Assembly (NCBI GenBank): GCA_048270185.1
Contig: JBLWTJ010000001.1
Span: 1,088,001-1,152,000, forward strand
Direction of reading: 5' to 3'
Origin: Bacteriovoracaceae bacterium
GTDB lineage: Bacteria > Bdellovibrionota > Bacteriovoracia > Bacteriovoracales > Bacteriovoracaceae
DNA length: 64,000 bases
The translations under genes were made by a program, and so were the position numbers. Shown one piece after another: positions 58,105 through 64,000 of the stretch. How positions within the stretch are numbered: position 1 is the stretch's first letter; each line of letters begins with the position of its first letter. A model generated the notes under the pieces. That model saw only the letters and a program-made list of their open reading frames with translations, made no database searches and had not been told where the DNA came from.

Positions 58105-59097
58105 ATGATGATTCATAAGAATAAGATATTAACAAACGCTTCGGGGATCTTACTTAGATCCCTGCTGCGCCTTATGCTTATGTCATTTATAACTCACAAC
58201 ACGACGGCCTTTCCAGATATTCCCATACCAAAGAAACTTCGCTACACAATTAATAATTCAAGTTATGAGTACGATGTAAAAAGAAATGATCAATACTTTC
58301 TCTTCTTAGATCAAGACGGTGACGGAATTCCAGATAATATTGACAATGATATCGACGGTGATGGTCTTGATAATATCGCCGATGAATTCCCAACAGACCC
58401 GAATCGTGACTCATCAGATATCGACGGTGATGGTATTGCTGACTTCATTGACTTTAGCCACAGTGATAATATTGCAAAGAGTGAAAGACTTGAAGCCTCT
58501 AAGATTCAAGAAGAGATCTTTTCTAAGTACGACATTCTGATCATTCCAGCGGCCAAGACAAATCTTGAGCAACTTAGTATCGTCAAGGCCTTATTAGAAA
58601 AAGAAATTGTCCATACTTCTACTAATTTAAATTACATCATCTTAGAAGAGCATAATAAATCAAATGCCATGGTTAGAGGAAAGTATGATCCAGAGTGGAA
58701 TCAGTTAATTCTCTACAATGATCGCTTAACGGATATTAATGAATTCACGCTAACTCTAACTCACGAGTATTTTCACTTTATTCAAAATGAAAACCCAAAG
58801 CTCTATGAAGACTTTCTGACAATAGTTGGATGGTATGGGAATACTTATATGCACGATGGTGTTGCTTATGAGACCAATGAGTTTAAGCTTAGAAATAGCG
58901 ATCAGAATGAGCTTATGGCCTTTGATAACTTTCCATCAATATATGCAACCGTCTCTCCTGAAGAGATGTTTGCGGAAGCTGCGGCCGCAATTCTTCTCGG
59001 TCACAATAAGGATCTTAAAAGCTTTAAGGCCCGCTTTAATAATTATGATAACTTCACTAAGAGTAGTGCCGCGCACTTCTTCCACGATCACTTATAA
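58105..59097 (+). CDS. Secreted zinc metallopeptidase-like protein with thrombospondin-3-type Ca-binding repeats
   Basis: DQDGDGIPD, DIDGDGLD, DIDGDGIAD; THEYFH..YATVSPEEMFAEA. Confidence 0.75.
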   Translation: MMIHKNKILTNASGILLRSLLRLMLMSFITHNTTAFPDIPIPKKLRYTINNSSYEYDVKRNDQYFLFLDQDGDGIPDNIDNDIDGDGLDNIADEFPTDPNRDSSDIDGDGIADFIDFSHSDNIAKSERLEASKIQEEIFSKYDILIIPAAKTNLEQLSIVKALLEKEIVHTSTNLNYIILEEHNKSNAMVRGKYDPEWNQLILYNDRLTDINEFTLTLTHEYFHFIQNENPKLYEDFLTIVGWYGNTYMHDGVAYETNEFKLRNSDQNELMAFDNFPSIYATVSPEEMFAEAAAAILLGHNKDLKSFKARFNNYDNFTKSSAAHFFHDHL

Positions 59098-59223
59098 TTT
59101 TCAAGACTTTAAGACGGCCGTTCACAAAATATACACGGCCATAAATATTACCAAAGAGGCCTTTAAATCACCCCGCACATTGTATAGTGACTTATCTATT
59201 TTATTTATAGCCGAGGGATACGA

Positions 59224-60228
59224 ATGCGAAACTTACTGACGATACTGACGTTAATGCTTATGATTTCAAACACTTACGCAGAGTGCTTAGTGGAAGACTT
59301 TCTAAGAGATGGACACTGCCCAGGAATGGGAAAAGATAGTGTCAATCAACCACGCTACGCTGACGATGGAATAATCAATCGCTACGGAGAATATACTTTC
59401 CGTCCAGAATATCAAACAAAGCCACTTGGGCTGACTCAAAGTGAGCTATTAACTATTGGTGCTGCCACTGCATCTGCTGTTCTACTTTTTAATAGTGACG
59501 AAGAGATTATGGATTTCGCACAAGAGCACCGAACTGAAGCAACTGAAGAGATTGCATTCTGGGGAGAGAAAGCTGGAAGTTGGCCAATTCAATTATCAGC
59601 AGCAGGATATGTTCTTGGTGTTGTTATGAAGAATGACGAAGTTAAAAAGACATACAAGATCGCACTTAAAGCAACAATCATTTCAGGACTTGTTACTCGT
59701 GCAATGAAAATGAGTTTTAGTAGAAAGAGACCAAATAAAACTGATGATAAGAATGACTTCACAGGATTTAACTGGGATAACGAAAACGTTTCATTCCCAT
59801 CAGGTCACACGACAACTGCTTTTGCTTTTGCGACAGTTATCGCTGAAGCTTACAAAGATAAATCAACTCTAATTCCAGTTCTTGCCTACACTGCTGCGGC
59901 CGTTGGTGGTTGGTCACGTGTCCACGACAAGGCCCACTGGGCAAGTGACGTTGCGATCGGTGCCCTAGTTGGTCACTTAACTGCAAAATTCATCTCAGAT
60001 GACGAGCGTGGAATCTTTAGAAATGAAAAATACGACATGTCGATTTACCCAGTATTTGGAGAAGACTATGTTGGAATGCACTTTGAATTTAGAGGAAAGA
60101 AAAAGAAAGATAACTCTGCTAAGAGATTCTTTGAAAAGTGTCACAAGTTCTACGATGAAAACCCAACATGGGAGAACCCAGATCGTCTTTGTACATCACT
60201 ATACTTCCAATCAGTATTTAATAAATAA
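59224..60228 (+). CDS. PAP2-family phosphatase
   Basis: K....RKRP, SFPSGH, SRV..AHWASDV. Confidence 0.9.
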   Translation: MRNLLTILTLMLMISNTYAECLVEDFLRDGHCPGMGKDSVNQPRYADDGIINRYGEYTFRPEYQTKPLGLTQSELLTIGAATASAVLLFNSDEEIMDFAQEHRTEATEEIAFWGEKAGSWPIQLSAAGYVLGVVMKNDEVKKTYKIALKATIISGLVTRAMKMSFSRKRPNKTDDKNDFTGFNWDNENVSFPSGHTTTAFAFATVIAEAYKDKSTLIPVLAYTAAAVGGWSRVHDKAHWASDVAIGALVGHLTAKFISDDERGIFRNEKYDMSIYPVFGEDYVGMHFEFRGKKKKDNSAKRFFEKCHKFYDENPTWENPDRLCTSLYFQSVFNK

Positions 60229-60258
60229 AAAGAAAGGGACCAGCAAGGTCCCTTTTTT
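60229..60258. terminator. Bidirectional terminator
   Basis: AAAGGGACC-agcaa-GGTCCCTTTTTT between convergent genes. Confidence 0.8.
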
Positions 60259-60262
60259 ATTT

Positions 60263-61396
60263 CTAATATTTTAAATTGAAGTAAATTGGAAAGTGGTCAG
60301 AGTAACCAGCTTTTGCTTTCTTTCTCGCCTTGTGGTCATAGCGCACAGGTGGCATTTGTTTTTTCTTCATCTCTGGTTTGAAACCACGATCTCTAAGCTC
60401 TTCTAAATCATCATCCATAATTTCTGCCGCTTGTGGCTGGCGGATAAAGTCTGGTGCATAGATTCCAAATGATTCAAGCTCCACACTAATTGGGCTCTTT
60501 GTATCAAGCATTGTCTTTGGGACGAAGACACGGTCAAGGTGGTTCCAAACATTTTCACGAGCATAGAAGTAAGTCCCCGGAGGAAGTGCTTCTTTCTTCT
60601 CTTTTGAAATCGACTTTTCGGAACGGAATGTTTTTTCAACATCAACGATTGTTCCGTCTTTTAACAGAACATCTCTCATTGGGTGTTTATTCCCTTCCTT
60701 CTTAAGTTTTGGAATCGTGTTAAAGTCACCAACGGCAACAACTCCGGCCTTTGGATTCTTCTTGATGATTTCATCAATACGAGTTTTAAGAATTGTTGCG
60801 GCCGTTACTCTGGCGTGATCTGGGTTACCTAAACTTGGCCAGTGATTAGCAAATAAGTATAAGTCCTTTCCACCTAGCTTGAATTGAACTTCAAAGATAT
60901 TTCTTGTTGGTCTCTTCTTAAAGTAGTCACCTTTTACAACATGCTCTTGATTGCCTACATACTTCAGGTCTTTTGTTTCATTAAATAGAACCGCAAGATC
61001 AACTCCACGGTAATCAGGAGAATTTGAAGTATAGAATTTCTTATAACCTAGAACCTTTGCAAGTTGTCCAACAACATTGGCATTTTCAATTTCTGAAAGA
61101 ACAAGGATTCCCGGAAGAGCTTTTCTCTCTTTTGTTAGAACTTCTTTAATTTGAGCAAGCTTCATATCAACTTTCTCTTGAGTCCAGTCTGCTTCAAAAC
61201 ATTCTTGGCGTCTATACTTAGAACCAACTTTTGCACAGGCCTCTTTCTTTCCTTTGAAATCTTTTGGCAGGTAACTCCAGTCGTTCTTATCTTTTTCTTT
61301 TTCTGCATCAAAAAGGTTTTCTACGTTGTAAGACATAACTTCGATTGTTGATGCATAAGCAGAAGTTATGAATAAAAATAGAATTAAAAATTTCAT
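60263..61396 (-). CDS. Secreted endonuclease/exonuclease/phosphatase-family nuclease
   Basis: SYNVENLFD, LSEIEN, NHWPS, GDFN, LDRV, GYSDHFP. Confidence 0.9.
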   Translation of the reverse strand: MKFLILFLFITSAYASTIEVMSYNVENLFDAEKEKDKNDWSYLPKDFKGKKEACAKVGSKYRRQECFEADWTQEKVDMKLAQIKEVLTKERKALPGILVLSEIENANVVGQLAKVLGYKKFYTSNSPDYRGVDLAVLFNETKDLKYVGNQEHVVKGDYFKKRPTRNIFEVQFKLGGKDLYLFANHWPSLGNPDHARVTAATILKTRIDEIIKKNPKAGVVAVGDFNTIPKLKKEGNKHPMRDVLLKDGTIVDVEKTFRSEKSISKEKKEALPPGTYFYARENVWNHLDRVFVPKTMLDTKSPISVELESFGIYAPDFIRQPQAAEIMDDDLEELRDRGFKPEMKKKQMPPVRYDHKARKKAKAGYSDHFPIYFNLKY

Positions 61397-61398
61397 AA

Positions 61399-61875
61399 TT
61401 AGTCCAGGTTTTCCTTAATCCAGTTAAGAGTGTCGTCGTGGTGTGACTTCGTTTTTACTTTATCCATTACATACTTTAGGCGTCCGTCTTTTCCAATAAT
61501 AAAAGTCGTTCTGATAACACCCATGTATTCTTTACCCATGAATTTCTTAAGTCCCCACACTCCGTACTTATCCATAATCTTGTGATCAGGATCAGACAGA
61601 AGATCAAAGTTTAGTTTTTGTTTTTCGATGAATTTAACAAGTCTTGCTGGCTCATCTGGAGATACCCCAAGAACCACAGTGTCGGCCTTGGCAAACTCTT
61701 TCTTATAGTCGCGGATTCCACAAGCTTGTACAGTACAACCTGGAGTCATGGCCTTTGGATAGAAATAAAGAACGACGTTCTTCTTTCCTTTAAAGTCTTT
61801 TAGACTTACTTTCTCTTCGTCTTGATTAAGCATTGTAAATGCTGGCGCTAAGTTACCTACTTTTGGAAAACTCAT
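61399..61875 (-). CDS. bcp: Thioredoxin-dependent thiol peroxidase
   Basis: YFYPKAMTPGCTVQAC, LLSDPDH, RTTFII. Confidence 0.96.
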   Translation of the reverse strand: MSFPKVGNLAPAFTMLNQDEEKVSLKDFKGKKNVVLYFYPKAMTPGCTVQACGIRDYKKEFAKADTVVLGVSPDEPARLVKFIEKQKLNFDLLSDPDHKIMDKYGVWGLKKFMGKEYMGVIRTTFIIGKDGRLKYVMDKVKTKSHHDDTLNWIKENLD

Positions 61876-61895
61876 TCAAACTCCTTAATGATTTT

Positions 61896-62615
61896 TTACC
61901 ACTTATCTCTTTTATGTCTTAATTCCTTAATTCTTTCTTCATCCATTGTCTTTAAAAAGAGATTCACTTTCCTCTCGATTTCAAAATTGGTTTCAAATCC
62001 AATACTTCCCTCAGAGTGGACTCTTTCAAGAAGCTCCTTGGCCTCTTTATTATCAGGATCAATACTTAGAGTAAAATTAAGATTGTGTTCAATATAGTCA
62101 TGGCCAGGCCACAGAACAACCTGATCTTCGATGCGCTTATTTAGCATCGTGATGGTTTTAACAAAGATGTCGAGATTACCACCATTCTTACAATTACCAA
62201 TTCCTGCATTGAAGATGGTATCCATGGTAATGACTTCCACTTGCTTGCCCGACTCAAAGAAGAGAAAGCAAAGATGATCCATGGTATGCCCAGGAGTTGC
62301 GATAACTTCAAACTCTCCCAGCGCGGTTGGAATCTTTTCCCCGTCTTTTAAGATGCGATCAACTTTCTCGTAACTATCTTCGTGCCCCCAAACCTGAGCA
62401 CCGTGCTGGGCCTTAAGTTCGGCCACGCCGGCCACGTGATCGTGGTGTCCATGTGAAAGAAGAATAACAGCGAGTGTACGGCCATGGGCCTTAAGCCAGT
62501 CATTGATTTGATCAGGATAGATCGGATCGACGACTGCGACCTCCGCATTACCAAGCTCAACAAGGTAATTGTAATTTCTAAGAGGCGAATTGGTATAAAT
62601 TTGGTGAACATTCAT
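61896..62615 (-). CDS. gloB: Hydroxyacylglutathione hydrolase (glyoxalase II)-like metallo-beta-lactamase-fold protein
   Basis: NYNYL, SHGHHDHVAG, TPGHT, DTIF.AG.G, WPGHDY. Confidence 0.85.
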   Translation of the reverse strand: MNVHQIYTNSPLRNYNYLVELGNAEVAVVDPIYPDQINDWLKAHGRTLAVILLSHGHHDHVAGVAELKAQHGAQVWGHEDSYEKVDRILKDGEKIPTALGEFEVIATPGHTMDHLCFLFFESGKQVEVITMDTIFNAGIGNCKNGGNLDIFVKTITMLNKRIEDQVVLWPGHDYIEHNLNFTLSIDPDNKEAKELLERVHSEGSIGFETNFEIERKVNLFLKTMDEERIKELRHKRDKW

Positions 62616-62686
62616 AGGCAAATACCTTTTTTTTTGTCATCATATAGAAACCAAAACAAATATAGAAGTTTAAAAAAAGGAAGCAC

Positions 62687-63946
62687 ATGGTCAATCTATC
62701 GCTTGCATCAAAAATATTTATTTCTGTCCTTTGTATCAAAGGATTAGTTGAGGCCTACCTCGATAAACGCAATATTAAACATATTGGTAAGAATTTTAAT
62801 AAGGTTCCAGAAGAGTTCGCAGATAAGATCACTCTTGAGGATCACCAGAAAGCGGCTCGCTACTCAATGGAGAAGCTCAACAAGGGCCAACTCTTTAATT
62901 TCGTGGGATACGTGATTCTTGTTATCTGGACGCTTGGTGGCGGACTAGATGCGTTAAATAAATCAATCCTAACTCTAGGCTATCCTCCACTATTAACAGG
63001 GACAATCTTCATTCTAGCCTTCAGTATGATTAACTCAATCTTAGGCCTTCCTGAATCTCTTTATAAGACTTTCGTTATCGAAGAGAAGTATGGATTTAAT
63101 AAGACAACTCTTAAGACTTTCTTTGCGGATATGATTAAGGGTGGAATCTTAGGGTTAATCATAGGAACTCCACTTATTTATGGAATCCTTTGGATCATGG
63201 AATCTCTTGGCCAGTACTGGTGGGCATACGCTTGGGCATTTCTATCAGCATTCCAACTACTTCTAATGTGGGTTTATCCAACTTTCATTGCACCAATCTT
63301 TAATAAGTTCACTGAACTTGAAGAAGGTGAAGTGAAAAGCCGTATCCTTGATCTTTTAAAGCGTATTGATTTTGAAAGTAACGGGCTATTTGTCATGGAT
63401 GCCTCAAGAAGAAGCGGACACGGAAATGCTTACTTCACAGGTTTTGGAAAGAGCAAGAGAATCGTCTTCTTTGATACTCTTATCAATACTCTTTCAGCGA
63501 CAGAAGTTGAGGCCGTCCTGGCACATGAGCTTGGTCACTTTAAGAGAAAGCATATCCTTAAGATGATGGTTAAGGCCTTCGTCTTTAGCTTCATTGGCTT
63601 ATTTATTCTTGGGCAATTGATGCAGACGACTTGGTTCTTTGAAATGCACGGAGTTCACTCAAGTGAAACTTATATGGCCCTAACTCTATTTATCTTAGTT
63701 AGTGGCATCTATACTTTCTTTATTACACCTATTTCATCTTGGAGCTCAAGAAAGTATGAATTTGAAGCTGATGAGTTTGCTTCAATCCACTCTAACCCAC
63801 AAGAGCTTATTAATGCTCTTGTTAAGATGTATAAGGACAATGCGAGCACCCTAACTCCAGACCCACTATACAGCTCTTTCTACCACTCTCACCCGCCAGC
63901 ACTAACAAGAGTGAAGTTCTTAGAAACATTTATTAAATCGAATTAA
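62687..63946 (+). CDS. M48 family (Ste24-like) zinc metalloprotease
   Basis: FVIEEKYGFN, DASRRSGHGNAYFTG, AVLAHELGH, EFEAD, SHPP. Confidence 0.95.
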   Translation: MVNLSLASKIFISVLCIKGLVEAYLDKRNIKHIGKNFNKVPEEFADKITLEDHQKAARYSMEKLNKGQLFNFVGYVILVIWTLGGGLDALNKSILTLGYPPLLTGTIFILAFSMINSILGLPESLYKTFVIEEKYGFNKTTLKTFFADMIKGGILGLIIGTPLIYGILWIMESLGQYWWAYAWAFLSAFQLLLMWVYPTFIAPIFNKFTELEEGEVKSRILDLLKRIDFESNGLFVMDASRRSGHGNAYFTGFGKSKRIVFFDTLINTLSATEVEAVLAHELGHFKRKHILKMMVKAFVFSFIGLFILGQLMQTTWFFEMHGVHSSETYMALTLFILVSGIYTFFITPISSWSSRKYEFEADEFASIHSNPQELINALVKMYKDNASTLTPDPLYSSFYHSHPPALTRVKFLETFIKSN

Positions 63947-63953
63947 AATACTC

Positions 63954-63985
63954 AGGGTAAGTTTGGCACTAGTTGAACTTACCCT
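63954..63985. terminator. Hairpin after the M48 gene, probable terminator
   Basis: AGGGTAAGTT-12 nt-AACTTACCCT. Confidence 0.55.
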
Positions 63986-64000
63986 TTAAATATTCTCAGT

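Overview
A gene-dense, AT-rich bacterial chromosomal segment with about 63 CDS. I found no rRNA, tRNA, CRISPR array, integrase or transposase. Gene content suggests a predatory Bdellovibrionota (Halobacteriovorax/Bacteriovorax-like), inferred from an S74-chaperoned fibre adhesin, many secreted hypotheticals and a TsaP-like LysM gene beside topA. Housekeeping genes: cmoA/cmoB, ppiA, serS, lgt, menB, pepD, acnB, lysA, gshA, topA, bcp, gloB and a dmeR/dmeF metal-efflux pair with a clear operator. The most interesting candidates are: (1) an orphan plasmid-type ParA coupled to a small partner with a ParB-like N-terminus and a MinD-like amphipathic C-terminus; (2) a porin / flavinylation-motif protein / cytochrome-b-like operon with an upstream palindrome and a terminator inside a signal-peptide coding sequence; (3) a 1517-aa modular fibre with a near-identical 366-bp tandem duplication; (4) a SelO-like enzyme with rewired motifs coupled to peptidase E; (5) a ChpT-like H-box protein / response regulator / PAS-protein cluster; (6) a probable non-AUG start for lpxO and several apparently leaderless genes. 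All functional calls come from motif recognition by eye; no database searches were run.
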